Positions 23,440 to 34,553 are shown, counted from the first letter of the whole stretch. The stretch: DNA of 63,737 bases, filler included, from Guillardia theta CCMP2712 (GCF_000315625.1; 5 parts of 5 records of this genome joined end to end with filler, not necessarily neighbours in it), one strand, 5' to 3'. Program-made: numbers and translations. The notes: generated from the sequence alone by a model not told the origin.

Positions 23440-24254
23440 CAGACAATGGTGGCAAGGATTCGAGCGGGAGACCTCACCTTGACAGAGAAATGACAGAGAA
23501 ATTCATGCTCGAAATGCATGTGGGAAGAGATTTACTAGGGAGAGGGTTCAAACAATGCGAAGGGTCAGTTACGCGAACAGCTATCCAAGCGATCACCTTC
23601 TCAGCACCGACGAGGAAGAAGCTCTTTCAATGGGGGAAGACTAACTCACCATGTTGTCCTCACTGTCCAGACCGAGAAGAAACCTGGGGTCATGTTCAGC
23701 TAGCGTGCAAGCAGTTCCAAGATATGATTCAAAAAGCACACAATGAAGTCATGAAGAAGATCAAGGTAAGACTGCAGCAGAGTTGGAGGAAACAAAGGGT
23801 ACAGGTCAATTCATGGTGGGACACCCCAATACGCAGCGTGATGGAAGCGATGGGGACTTCAATGCACCGAGAAGGGCACTGGATACCTGACGGTTGCTGC
23901 TACTTTGCAAGCATCAAACGCATTGTCCTCATCGAATTTGCAAGGACATCGGAGTATGACGGAGTCGAACAAACAAGCCTGGAATGCCTGAAGAAGAAAT
24001 TTCAGGAAAAGGAAGAGAAATATGCCCCCCTACGAGCAGAAATCACAGCTTTGCTACCTGACCATGAAGTTGAACAAGCAACATTCATAGCAGGAGTGAA
24101 AGGATCGATCATGGAAAGGGAATGGCATGAGAATTTCAGGGTGCTAAGGGTGGAAGACACGGAATGGGAAGGCATCAAGACAGCAGCAATCAAGCAACTG
24201 CTGGTGGTGCAACACATGCTATGGACGGCAAGAAGGGGAAGCGAGTCGACCTAG
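23430..24254 (+). CDS. C-terminal CCHC zinc knuckle plus restriction-like (PD-(D/E)xK) endonuclease of the retroelement, -1 frame relative to the main ORF
   Basis: CPHCPDREETWGHVQLAC, KAHNEV, IPDG...IVLIEF, KFQEKEEKYAPL, FIAGVKG are typical R2/RLE-type C-terminal motifs. Confidence 0.9.
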   Translation: MGLTDNGGKDSSGRPHLDREMTEKFMLEMHVGRDLLGRGFKQCEGSVTRTAIQAITFSAPTRKKLFQWGKTNSPCCPHCPDREETWGHVQLACKQFQDMIQKAHNEVMKKIKVRLQQSWRKQRVQVNSWWDTPIRSVMEAMGTSMHREGHWIPDGCCYFASIKRIVLIEFARTSEYDGVEQTSLECLKKKFQEKEEKYAPLRAEITALLPDHEVEQATFIAGVKGSIMEREWHENFRVLRVEDTEWEGIKTAAIKQLLVVQHMLWTARRGSEST

Positions 24255-24261
24255 TCCGATG

Positions 24262-24528
24262 GGGGGCAGGCGCGGCTCATGGGCAAGCCACCTATGGAGC
24301 ACAGGCAGGGAAGGAAAACAAGCCTAGCACCAAGGAGACAGGCGCAGCTCAGGGTCATGGAGGGAAAAGGTGGGCGACTGGGGGGGGAAGGGGCAGGACA
24401 GGCGCAGCTCATGGTCTTGGAGGGAAGAGGCGGGCGAATGAGGAGGGAAGGGGCAGGACAGACGCAGCTCAAGTCATGGAGGGAAGAGGTGGGCGACTGG
24501 GGGGGGGGAAGGGGCAGGACAGGCGTGG
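24262..24528 (+). repeat. Imperfect ~60-bp G-rich tandem repeats in the element 3' UTR
   Basis: GGGGCAGGACAGGCGCAGCTCA...GGAGGGAAGAGG recurs 3-4 times up to the gap. Confidence 0.75.
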
Positions 24529-24708
24529 ANNNNNNNNNNNNNNNNNNNNNNNNNNNNNNNNNNNNNNNNNNNNTTAATTAATTAANNNNNNNNNNNNNNN
24601 NNNNNNNNNNNNNNNNNNNNNNNNNNNNNCCTCCCTCCTCCTCCTCCTCCTCCTCCTCCTCCTCCTCCTTCTGTCTCATCTTTCTGCTTTTCTCTGAAAT
24701 CTTGCCAA

Positions 24709-26905
24709 GGAGGAAGATATTCTACGTGCTGCATCATCCATCGCGTGGGCATACGTCGCCGACATTGAAGAGCTGTCACTAGGTAAGCTTATCCTCCTCC
24801 TCCTCCTCCTCCTCCTCCTCCTCCTCCTCTCTTCTCGTCTCCTCCTCCTCCCCCAACATCATTATCTTGATCTTCTTTCTCATCATCACTTCTTCATCAT
24901 CGTCTCATCTCTTGGTGACGTTGTTTGCAATTAACAACTACTTACTCATCCAACCACTTCCTTCCTCCGTCTCCTTCTCGTTCTCTCCGTCCATCCTAAT
25001 TTTCTTCAGGTTCTTCAGTTGGAGCGATTGGGCCCGAACAAGAGTTTCTCTACCATGACAGTGACTCCTCCTCCTCCTCCTCCTCCTCTCCTCCCCCATC
25101 CTCACCAGCTGAGTCTCAAGAGGACTCTTGGATGACACCTGGAGCTTCCTGCGAAGTCTACGAGGACGGAGACTGGTGGAAGGCGAAGGTGAGTAGAGGA
25201 GGAGGTAGCTTGAGAAGAAGAGGAGGAGGAGAGGAGCTGAAGGAGAGGAGGAGAAGGAGGTGGAGGGCTGATGGAGAAGGGAAGGTGGTTCAAGTGCGAG
25301 GAGGGCGCGTCCTCGTCAAGTTCGTTGGGTCTACTCAGACCAGAAGGGTCGAGCTCGAGCCCAGCTGTGAGTTTGTTCTTCTCTCCATTGCTATGTTCAC
25401 CAGGTGTCAGGTATCCGCCAGATGTCAGAGGACAAGCAGGAGACTTACGGTCCGGGGGAGGGGGGGGGGGGAGGAGAAGGAGGAGGGGGGAAGAGGAGAA
25501 GGAAGGAAGGGGGGGGGGGAAAACCCTGGAGGAAGAGGTCAGGGGTTGTGACGGGGGGGAGGATTAAACGTGGAAACAGCTGATCTTGACGAAGGGGTGG
25601 TGCTGGGAGGGCTACTCCAACTTCCTCGTCCGAGCTCTGGAGCAGGTTCCACATCCTCTTACTCTTCTCTAATCCCTTCTCTCCTCTACTCCCTCCTGTC
25701 TGCTCTACTCCCTCCTCCCTTCTCTACTCACTATTGGCCCGGCAGGAGATTGCTGTCAGCCTTCACTCCAAGGTGACGAGGATCGTGGTGGAGGAGAAGG
25801 AGCAGTCGAGCTGCCGGGTTGAGTTTGTGCGGAGAGAGGTTGGAGAGAGTGAGAGCGGGAGGAGGAGGGTGATGGTCTCAGCGCAGGCAAAGGAGAAGAA
25901 GGAGCAGAAAGCTGCAGACTTCGTTATCGTCACTCTCCCCCTTGGAGTCCTACAGGCCTCAGCCGTCTCCTTCTCTCCTCCTCTCCCCGACGAGAAGCTG
26001 CAGGCCATTCACGCGCTAGGCATGGGGGTCGAGAACAAGGTGACAGAGCGAGGGAAGGAGAGGGGGAAGAAGGAGCGTCAGGTTCATTCAGCATGCAGGT
26101 CATCTTGCGGTTCTCGCGCTGCTTTTGGCCAAAAGACGTTCCCTACCTTCAGTGTATCCACCCCTGCGTGAGGTGACTCCTCCTTCTCCTCCTCTCCCTC
26201 CTTCTCTCCTTCTTCCTTCTTTCATCTCACCCTCTTCATCATCTGCTCGAGTACTCTTCAGCTCATTTTCAATCAACTTTCGTTACCCCTCCCCTCTCCT
26301 CCTCCCCTCTCCTCCTCCCCTCTCCCCCTCCCCTCTTCTCCCCTCCGCTTGCATCGTCCTCGCAAGCTGCAGCAGCTTACGCCCGTCAGGTTCTTGAACG
26401 GACATTTCTTCGGCAAGGAGCACACGCTCATCGCCCACCTCTCGCCTCCTCTCTCGCATGCTGACATCCCCGACGAGCTGCTCCTCGAGGAGGTTCTTAG
26501 GTCCTCCATGCTCGTCTACCTCCGTCCTCTCACCGGCGCTATTCTCGTGCAGCTGCTTGCAGGACATGTTCGGAAATCTTCTCCCAGAGCTCGCAGATTA
26601 TCTAGTCACAAGGTCCTCCTCCTCCTCCTCCTCTACCCCTCTCTTTCTGCTCTGTTCGCACTCCCGACTCTCTCGACAGGTGGGACAAGGATGAATTTTC
26701 GCGTGGTTCGTATTCTTATATGAAGGTCTCATCCTCTCCCCTCCCTCTCAGTCGCATCCTCAAACCTATTCAGCTGGGGTCCAACTCGGAGCATGTGAGG
26801 GCTCTATCAGCTCCTTCGCATGGGGGTCGCGTGTATTGGGCGGGAGAAGCATGCTCTCTAGAGGGCCATCAGTGCGTTCATGGCGCCTACTTGACTGGCG
26901 AGGTT
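24709..26905 (+). CDS. Flavin-containing amine oxidase (PAO/LSD1 family) with Tudor/Agenet-like insert; 5' end lost in gap
   Basis: AWAYVADIEELSL, ADFVIVTLPLGVLQ...FSPPLPDEKLQAIHALGMGVENKV/ILRFSRCFW, WDKDEFSRGSYSY, GRVYWAGEACS..GHQCVHGAYLTG. Tudor-like PGASCEVYEDGDWWKAKV-VQVRGGRVLVKFVG at 25132-25340. Confidence 0.88.
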
Positions 26906-27309
26906 TGCTCCCTCCTGCCCCCCCTCCTCCTCCTGCTCGACCCCCTGTTTCCATGTATGTTTCATTCTATCTACTTCCCTCCACCTCCATTGATCTGTCT
27001 CGCTCGCTGACAGGTCTCTTCCTCCCCTCCTGCCATTCCTGCTCTGCTTCTGCTTCTCTCATGCATCTCACCAGGCAGCGGCGACAAGCATCTTGGACGC
27101 GATTGAGAAGAGCAGCAGAAGGCAGCGACGACGACGATGATGGAGACGAAGGCGAACACAATGATGATGAGGAGAAGAAGGCGAACACAATGATGAGGAG
27201 GAGAAGGAGATGGGGAAGGAGATGGGGAATGCTTTATCTAAGGAAACATCGTTTGCCTGGTCTAACTCGTTCCGCCCCCTCGACCCATCCGACCGGGAGG
27301 CCAGTGCGT

Positions 27310-27470
27310 GGGAGCAGCCGAAGAGGCAGCTGGGAGGCGAGGAGCAGCTGGGGAGGCAGCTGGGAGGCGAGGAGCAGCTGGGGAGGCAGCTGGGAGGCGA
27401 GGAGCAGCTGGGGAGGCAGCTGAGAGGCGAGGAGCAGCTGGGGAGGCAGCTGAGAGGCGAGGAGCAGCTC
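27310..27470. repeat. 30-bp tandem repeat, ~5 copies
   Basis: GGCAGCTGGGAGGCGAGGAGCAGCTGGGGA repeated; reads AASPAAPRLP on the minus strand. Confidence 0.85.
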
Positions 27471-27499
27471 CTCTCCCCCCTGCTGTCATCTGCCCAGCT

Positions 27500-27763
27500 C
27501 CATCAGAACTTCTCCAGTCTGCCCAGCTGCCCCTAACCTGCCCTCCTACTCCTCCTATTGCCCCTCCTATCGCCCCCCCCGCCCCTCCCATCGCCCCTCC
27601 CGCTGATCCTGCAGCAGCTCCTGCAGCAGCAGCTCCCGGCACCGATCCAGCTGGAGGGGGAGCCCGAGAGCCCGCGTCTGTGACAAAAAAACACTGGAGA
27701 CACCTTGAGCATAGGCTGTCCACGTAGACGGTAGCCTGCTCAAATATAAGACACTGCCTCCTC

Positions 27764-27802
<39 letters not shown>

Positions 27803-30150
27803 CTCCTCCTCTCAATTGTCTGCTCCTGCTCACCTGTTGGTTGGAGCTGCGACGGTGGAAAATGACCTGGATGAGGTCCGAGCGATTTTCAACCTTGTGT
27901 TCCTCCGGCCTGCGAGTGTGCGTAAGGAGCAGCAGAGCGAGGGGAAGGGAGGGAGGGGAAGAGGAAGAGCGAGGAAGGGGAGGGTGGAGAGCAACAGGGA
28001 GGGGCAGTGCTAGCAGCATGGTCTGACTTGCAAGGAGCGCGATCGTGCTCTGTGCCGAGCCTGACGTTGTCGTTGAGGTCGAGGATGACCATGGCGGTAT
28101 TCACATCGAGCCCGCTAGGCAGCATGACAGTGAAGGGAGGCCTGAGAGATGCGTCAGGCTGTGAGGACCCAACGGGCGAGGGGCAAGATGAGACCTGCGT
28201 ACGAGGGTCTTGTCTATGACCTTCTTTCTGAGGTTGTACTGAGACAGAGAGTGAGTGCGAACAAGAGAGGACAGAGGAGAAGAGAGGAAGGGCGGAGAGA
28301 GGGTGGAAAAGAGGAGGAGGAGGAGGAGGAGGACGTGGAGGAGGAGGACGTGGAGGAGGAGGAGGAGGACGGAGGGTGAGGGCACCGGCCACTTGAAGGC
28401 TTGTCGGACGCGGAGCTGCTGGTTGGGGGGCTGCGCAAGGTAAGGAGAGGAGAAGCGAGCTACGGGAACCTGGCGAGATACTGGAGGAGTCGAAGTGGAA
28501 GGGGAAGTGGAGGGAATAGCAGAGGGATGAGGCATGCTCGGTGTCTGCCGCAGGCGTCAGCGCAAGCTGCTCGCTCCCTCCTTGTCTCGCACCTGGCGGA
28601 TATTTTGCGTCCTATGGAAAGAAACAAGGTGAGAGGAAGGAGGTCGAGGACGCAAGATCCACCTGCTCAGATCCTTCGGACCTCCTGCAGCAGCAGCAGC
28701 AGCAGCGGTCGGGGTTCCGGTGGGTTTCGAAGTCGCTCCCTGAAGAGCCAGTGAGGGCAGGGGACACTGGAGGGGAGCATACGGAGATCCCATGCACTTG
28801 CGTGCCAACGAGGCTGGTTGGAGCCCCTGCACTCGTCCACATCAGCATTCGCCTGCTGGCATGGGCAGCGGAAGGCGGAGAGGACGAAGAGGAAGAGGAG
28901 CAGGAAGAGTCTATAGGCTTCAGCAGAGGAGATTCAGGTCGCGACCTTTGGGCTTGTTTTTGTTGGCGGCGTAAGCAAGGTTGGCTCCCGGGGCTTCTTG
29001 GTAGGGTAGGGAGGAGGCTGCTGAGTCTGACAGCTTTTGGGCCCCCTTTGTCTTCTTCTTTGGCTGTCCGTTGACCTGCTCCTCACATCATTCTCTCCTC
29101 ACGTCATTCTCTCCTCACATCATTCTCTCCCTTTCCCCTCTCCTCTCCCTCCATCCTCCTCCCCTTTCTCTTCTCCACTTACAGCCGGCTTGACCATCAC
29201 CTTCGGCGGCAACGCCTCCTGCCCCCCAGAAAGCGCCCGAGCAGCTTCTGTGGGCGTAGGCGGCATGGAGGAGGACTTGGAGGAGGCATCGTCAGGAGCC
29301 CTGTTGACTGCCTTCTTCTGAAGGTTCCGCAACCTGATCCATGAGGAAGAAGGAGTGTTGAAGGACAAAAACATGCAGAGGAAAAGGAAGACAGGGGTTT
29401 GAGAGAATAGGAGAGGAGGAAGGAAGAGAGGTGATGGCAATCGTTAGTTAAGCTAGATGCTATTAACAGGACAAACCGATCAGAATCTCCCAGGGAAGCA
29501 ACTGGGTGATTGGAGGACAGGCCTGTTCCAACCTCAACTCCCTCTCCTCCTTCCTCTCTGTCTCACCGAGAAACGGCAAAGGTGGAGCATACGCTTGGCC
29601 AATAAAGCTGAACAGCCATAAGCGAACTGCGAATCGAGCAGGCAGAGGAGGATAACGAGGTGTGAAGAGTTTGCAGACAGCATGATGAAAGGGAGATAGG
29701 AAACAAGGATAGACAAGGAAGCTGAAGAGGGGAAGGACGTGGAGGAGAGGAATACCCTTTCTCTTTCCGGCTAAAGATGTCAAATGCTGAGATCGTTCTC
29801 AGCGGAAATGACTTGAAAGCTAGAGGAGCGATCAAGCCTGCACCGGCATGGTCAACTCTCATTCCCCTCCATGTTCAGCTACCGCTCGAGCTGACACACA
29901 TCTCCTCCCAGGACGGAAGTCTGCGAGCACATGAGGGGGCTCACTAATCGCGCCATGAGCAAGGCACCTCGAGAACAGCTCTCCGTCGACTTCTAGCCTG
30001 CTCCTCGCTTCTTCGTAACCCTTGCCAGAAGCGTCAGAAGGAGGAAGGGGATCGGCTGATCTGACCGCTTCGATGCTCTCCAGCTTCCTCTTCCTCCCCA
30101 TCAGGCCGTAGGGGCTGCCGCACCCGTCAGACACTCTCAGCTGCTCTTGG
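27500..30150 (-). other. Minus-strand exons: 3' part of the Sgf73-like gene or a separate unknown gene
   Basis: Clean CAG|...|GTGAG-bounded open segments (e.g. ~27910-27834 and 30134-29870). No family recognised. Confidence 0.4.
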
Positions 30151-30154
30151 AGCC

Positions 30155-31377
30155 CTACCCAATCTCTTCCTCGTCCCCAAGGTCGTTCCTTCCCTTGTGC
30201 GGGCGGAGCGCCATGGCACCGTTGGGAGCAGCGAGGGCGGCGGCCTGCTGATTCGCTTTGAACGCTTTCCTCTCGGCCAGCAGGTCGTCATAGGGTCGCG
30301 ACCGCCCCGTCACCTCGCGCTTCGCTACCTGCGTGTGCGCTTTGCAGTCGATGGTCCGCATGCACCTGCCGCCGGTCTCGAGCATCACCCCGCAGATGCG
30401 GTCGAGGTCCATGGCGTTGGTCTTCTTGGGCTTCATCAAGTCTCCCTTGCCTGACGGGCTTCCCCCTGGGTTCACGTTCTCGGCGTTGGGAGCAGACACT
30501 ACGGGAATGGCAACGAGGCAGAAGGTGTGGGAGGGGTCGTGCCGGTCCGCAGGAAGACCTCGCGCATGGCAAGTTTGGCAGAGGTCAAAATCATCGCATT
30601 CGTTGCAGCTGAAGCGACTTCCTGTGATCGGGGAGAGCCCGCAGCCGTCGCATGTGATCACCTCGATCTCTATCTCCAGCGCTCCTCCGCCTTCCACCCC
30701 TGCTCCTCCCTCCACCTTGCGCCGCTTGGACGGGATTGCACTTCCCTTATTCACGTTAGGGAGTCCGAACTTAGTGGGCACGTTGAGCTTGGGCTGCGGC
30801 TTGTTGGGCAACTTGAGCTTCAGGTTCCCGTTCCCCTGCCTCTCCTTCTCGTACTCGATCTGCGAACACTCTTGCCAGTGCGCGGCGAACCTGCGCTGGA
30901 GAACAACTCGCCCGCATCTTTCGCAACCGGCAAGACGCAAGACATCACCTTCCACCAAGCTCTCCTTGGCCGGTTTTCCTTCCTTCCCATCCCCAGAGTC
31001 GTTACCCTGAATCTCCTCGGCGATACTCGAAGCGCATGCCTGAAAGGCGTCCGATATCGCCGGGAACGCCTGATCCCACGACGAGAATTTCTTCAAGTCG
31101 AGGAGCGCATCAGACTCCTTGTGAAGATGAGGTACAGGCTGGAGAGGCTGCAAAAGCGCGGGAAGGAGGAGACGGCAGAAGGACAACACGTCATTCGATC
31201 TGAGAGACGCTGGCAGGCAATCTATTCCTTGCTTCGCTTTTGTCTGTAATTCCTTGAGCTTCTCTGATAGCTTGCCGGGTTCTGCTGGTTCTGCTGCCAG
31301 GTTTTGGTCCTCCCTCATCATGGGATCATCCCCTTGCTGGCAGTCACCTCCTTCCTTCATCAGGAGGGTGACATCCT
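30155..31377 (-). CDS. Ataxin-7/Sgf73 (SAGA DUB module) homolog with an added ZZ zinc finger; main exon
   Basis: ZnF CERCGRVVLQRRFAAHWQEC. ZZ finger CDGCGLSPITGSRFSCNECDDFDLCQTCH...HDPSHTF. SCA7 domain DLDRICGVMLETGGRCMRTIDCKAH...KREVTGRSRPYDDLL. Confidence 0.88.
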
Positions 31378-31689
31378 GGTGAACAGAAACGGTGTTAAGA
31401 AAATGAGAGACAGCAAAGAACTGTGTCTTGAAATCAGTTCAAGTTAGGTGCAAACCAAAGTGTGATACAATACGACTCATATGACAACAAGTGTTAACAG
31501 CGAGCAGCCTGAAAGCGTGGTTCGACAACGGTCGTTTTTGTATGACGACGATGGGGATTTAGCCGTGTGGATGGGAAATAGCAGCAAGGAGGCAACGAGC
31601 TATCGTACTGCACAGGTGGAAGAGGGAAACTGGCAGGGAGGAGGGGGGGAGAGAGAGTTGGAAGCACGAGCAGGACTAAGAACAAAATG

Positions 31690-32112
31690 AGCAGAAGCAT
31701 GATGAGCACGAGCACGAGCATGATGAGCACGAGCACGACCAGGACCAGGACCAGGACCAGGATGAGCAGGAGCAGGAGCAGGACCAAGACCAGGACCAGG
31801 ACCAGGACCAGGACCAGGACCAGGACCAGGACCAGGACCAGGACCAGGACCAGGACCAGGACCAGGACCAGGACCAGGACCAGGACCAGGACCAGGACCA
31901 GCAGCAGCAGCAGGGGCAGGGGCAGGGGCAGGGGCAGGGGCAGGGGCAGGGGCAGGGGCAGGGGCAGGGGCAGGGGCAGGGGCAGTAGCAGTAGCAGTAG
32001 CAGTAGCAGTAGCAGTAGCAGTAGCAGGAGCAGTAGCAGTAGCAGGAGCAGGAGCAGGAGCAGTAGCAGTAGCAGTAGCAGGAGCAGGAGCAGGAGCAGT
32101 AGCAGTAGCAGT

Positions 32113-32147
<35 letters not shown>

Positions 32148-32148
32148 T

Positions 32149-32189
<41 letters not shown>

Positions 32190-32190
32190 T

Positions 32191-32253
<63 letters not shown>

Positions 32254-32260
32254 ATCCAGG
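31690..32260. repeat. Compound hexamer microsatellite (AGGACC)n-(AGGGGC)n-(AGTAGC)n-(AGGAGC)n
   Basis: Direct reading of the sequence. Confidence 0.95.
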
Positions 32261-32339
32261 ATGAAAACGCGGTGTGTTAGTGGCTCACAGCATGGCGGGC
32301 TGAACCGTTATAAACGCAACGGTCGAAACGTTCCATCAA

Positions 32340-32660
32340 GGGATTCGGGCGGCGGCCGCCGGGCCTGGTGGCCTGAGTGCGCCCGGGCCGGGCCCGGCTG
32401 GGACTAGCCTCACCTGGGACAGGCCCGGCCGGGCCCGTGACTCGGTGACGGTCCGTGACACCAGTTTGAAGGCGACCAGGTTGCCGGTGTACTGGGCCGC
32501 ATCGTCACCCGGCAGTCCGCCATGATCACACTGTGACAGGTTGTGCAGCTTGACCCAAAGTTAAGTTAAAAAGCAGTGGGGCAGTGCCGGGCAGCCTGAG
32601 CGCCGGCCCTGACCGTACTCCCGGCTCACTGAGTGAGCCGGGCGCAAGGGCCGGGCGACA
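32340..32660. repeat. GC-rich, CCGG/GGCC palindrome-rich intergenic element upstream of the thioredoxin gene
   Basis: Very high GC and many short palindromes; similar in character to 35940-36760. Confidence 0.55.
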
Positions 32661-32716
32661 CGATCCCCAAGTAACGGTTTGTAACCTATTTAACTGTTGT
32701 AACGTAATAAAATATC

Positions 32717-33370
32717 ATGGCGGCCGCAATGCGACAAACGCGGACAATGTTGGTTGTGATGATGACAATGGCTCTGATGCTGATGTCAGTTGTTCCCATT
32801 GCTCGATCAGATCCTGGTACTTGCGGACTTAGACCTCCTACAGAAGAAACTCATCCTGCAGATCTGAATGCAGATGGGGAAGTTACAAGTGAAGAATTTG
32901 TTGAGTACGCTGAATCACAGGAGAACGCAGATACCACAAAACAAGAGATGGACGCCGATGGTGATGGCAAGGTAACAACAGAAGAATTCGTGGCATTTGC
33001 AGAGGGACAGGAATTAGGTCCTGTTGAACTGACACCGGAAAATTTCGATGCCAAAACCAAGCAGTTCAAAGCTGCTTTTGTGAAATTTATGGCGCCCTGG
33101 TGTGGACACTGTCAAAACATGGCCAAATCTTTTCATGATTTGGCAAAAAAAATCCACTCTGAGAATCCTGGGACAGTGCTGATCGGGACTGTGAACTGTG
33201 ATCAACAGAGAGAGTTCTGTGAAATGTTCCAGGTAGAGGGGCTGCCGACCCTCCTCCTCATGAAGGACCCCGAGGTATTCGAAGACGCTACTCCAGTCTT
33301 GTTTCAAGGAGACAGAAATTTTGAAGGAATGCTCTCTTTTCTCGAGCAGGAAGGAGTGTTGCCAAAGTAG
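32717..33370 (+). CDS. Secreted protein with an EF-hand pair and one thioredoxin/PDI domain (WCGHC), single exon
   Basis: Hydrophobic signal peptide. EF loops DLNADGEVTSEEF and DADGDGKVTTEEF. VELTPENFD...FVKFMAPWCGHC...VNCD...VEGLPTL...FQGDRNFEGMLSFL. Confidence 0.93.
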   Translation: MAAAMRQTRTMLVVMMTMALMLMSVVPIARSDPGTCGLRPPTEETHPADLNADGEVTSEEFVEYAESQENADTTKQEMDADGDGKVTTEEFVAFAEGQELGPVELTPENFDAKTKQFKAAFVKFMAPWCGHCQNMAKSFHDLAKKIHSENPGTVLIGTVNCDQQREFCEMFQVEGLPTLLLMKDPEVFEDATPVLFQGDRNFEGMLSFLEQEGVLPK

Positions 33371-33566
33371 GGAACTTACAAAAGACCAATACAAGCAACC
33401 AGGACGAACAGGATGCAGTCCTGACAGCCGGTCTGTGCATCCTTTTATTCTTGGACTCTTCGAATACAATTTACGTTTGTCAAGTCATGGCTTTGTTCAG
33501 ACTGAGGAACAATTGATTAGCTTTATCATTAAAACTACAACACTAGTTTACACTGTTTGAACAACA

Positions 33567-34553
33567 TCAATTTGCAACGGCCTTTCTCTTGCGCGCCATG
33601 CTAGGCAGTCCCTTTCCCTGAAAAGTCTCCAGCTTCTTGAAAAATTTCTGAGAATGGCTCCGAACTTGGGCCGAATTTCTTGTGACCACATAAGCAGCTA
33701 TTGCTTTGTGATTATGTGCTCCGAAACAACGGACAGCTTCTAAAAATTTCTTGTGCTCAGCTTCCGACCAATATCTTGACTGACTCGTCTGCAAAGCAAG
33801 GATTAATACAGGATCGTGCAAAGAATAAATCCTCTTCACCTCAATCTTGCTTTGAGTCGAGCTGGTCGGTTCTTTAGTCATCCGATCCACAAGCTGATAA
33901 CACAACTTGATTTTCTGCTCATTCTCTTCCAGTTGAGCCTTAAGTGCCTTGTTCCTAGTAATCAAATCAACCATGTTTTCACCCTCCAGTGTCGGACTTG
34001 ACGACGATGATTGAGTTCCTTGTGGAGAGGATGTACTGCCATTAACTTGCTCCTGTTTGAACATGTTGGGTGCCATCATATTGTTGTTCCACACAGGAGA
34101 TTGGTTGCAAGAGGGTTGTCCTTGTGCGATCTTGGTCCAATCGCACTCCTGTTGTGTTTGGGAGATCCTGTTCGGAAAATTTCTCATGTCGGGCTCATTC
34201 ATCTTGGTTTGCGCAGCAATTTGCATCCTGAGTAGAGCAGCAATATCGACCGCCCCTAGATTGTTCATTTGAACATTGGTTGCAGTTTGTGGTCTGTTTG
34301 CCAGGAGCGGGGGAACAAAGCTGTTGTCCCTCAGGGATGGCAACATCTTGAAGATGTCGACATCCTTAGAGTTTGACATGCCTGATGCATTTTGAAACGG
34401 TTGCTGGATACCAGCAAATGAATCGCACAACAAGTTTTCCCTCGGCATATTGAAAACGGGCGTTGTGGCTGAAGGAGCAACATTGCTGCATAAAGTATGA
34501 ATGGAAGGAAGCTGATTGTTGGAATGAAGTGCGACCATCCCACTTTGGGTCAT
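33567..34553 (-). CDS. Single-repeat MYB transcription factor (SHAQKYF class); probable small in-frame intron ~33793-33838
   Basis: RYWSEAEHKKFLEAVRCFG..NHKAIAAYVVTRNSAQVRSHSQKFF, preceded by a coiled-coil segment. Confidence 0.92.
   Translation of the reverse strand: MTQSGMVALHSNNQLPSIHTLCSNVAPSATTPVFNMPRENLLCDSFAGIQQPFQNASGMSNSKDVDIFKMLPSLRDNSFVPPLLANRPQTATNVQMNNLGAVDIAALLRMQIAAQTKMNEPDMRNFPNRISQTQQECDWTKIAQGQPSCNQSPVWNNNMMAPNMFKQEQVNGSTSSPQGTQSSSSSPTLEGENMVDLITRNKALKAQLEENEQKIKLCYQLVDRMTKEPTSSTQSKIEVKRIYSLHDPVLILALQTSQSRYWSEAEHKKFLEAVRCFGAHNHKAIAAYVVTRNSAQVRSHSQKFFKKLETFQGKGLPSMARKRKAVAN

Larger units (their letters stand above)
15549..24528 (+). mobile_element. Non-LTR retrotransposon with two endonucleases (Dualen/RandI-like architecture) and an Ulp1-type protease; 3' end runs into an assembly gap
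   Basis: About 7.6 kb of intron-less, A-rich coding sequence, unlike the host genes. Domain order: Ulp1-APE-RT-RNase H-like-CCHC-RLE. 5' end carries telomeric and tandem repeats; 3' UTR carries ~60-bp repeats. Confidence 0.92.

Noticed and set aside
24529-24629. TTAATTAATTAA palindrome inside N-runs (also ~53940, ~59811, ~62257)
   Set aside because: Identical 12-mer centred in equal-length N blocks, with stops in all six frames: an assembly gap linker, not biology.
31687-32280. 197-aa RS/RT/RG ORF as an SR splicing factor
   Set aside because: Pure microsatellite translation with no RRM.
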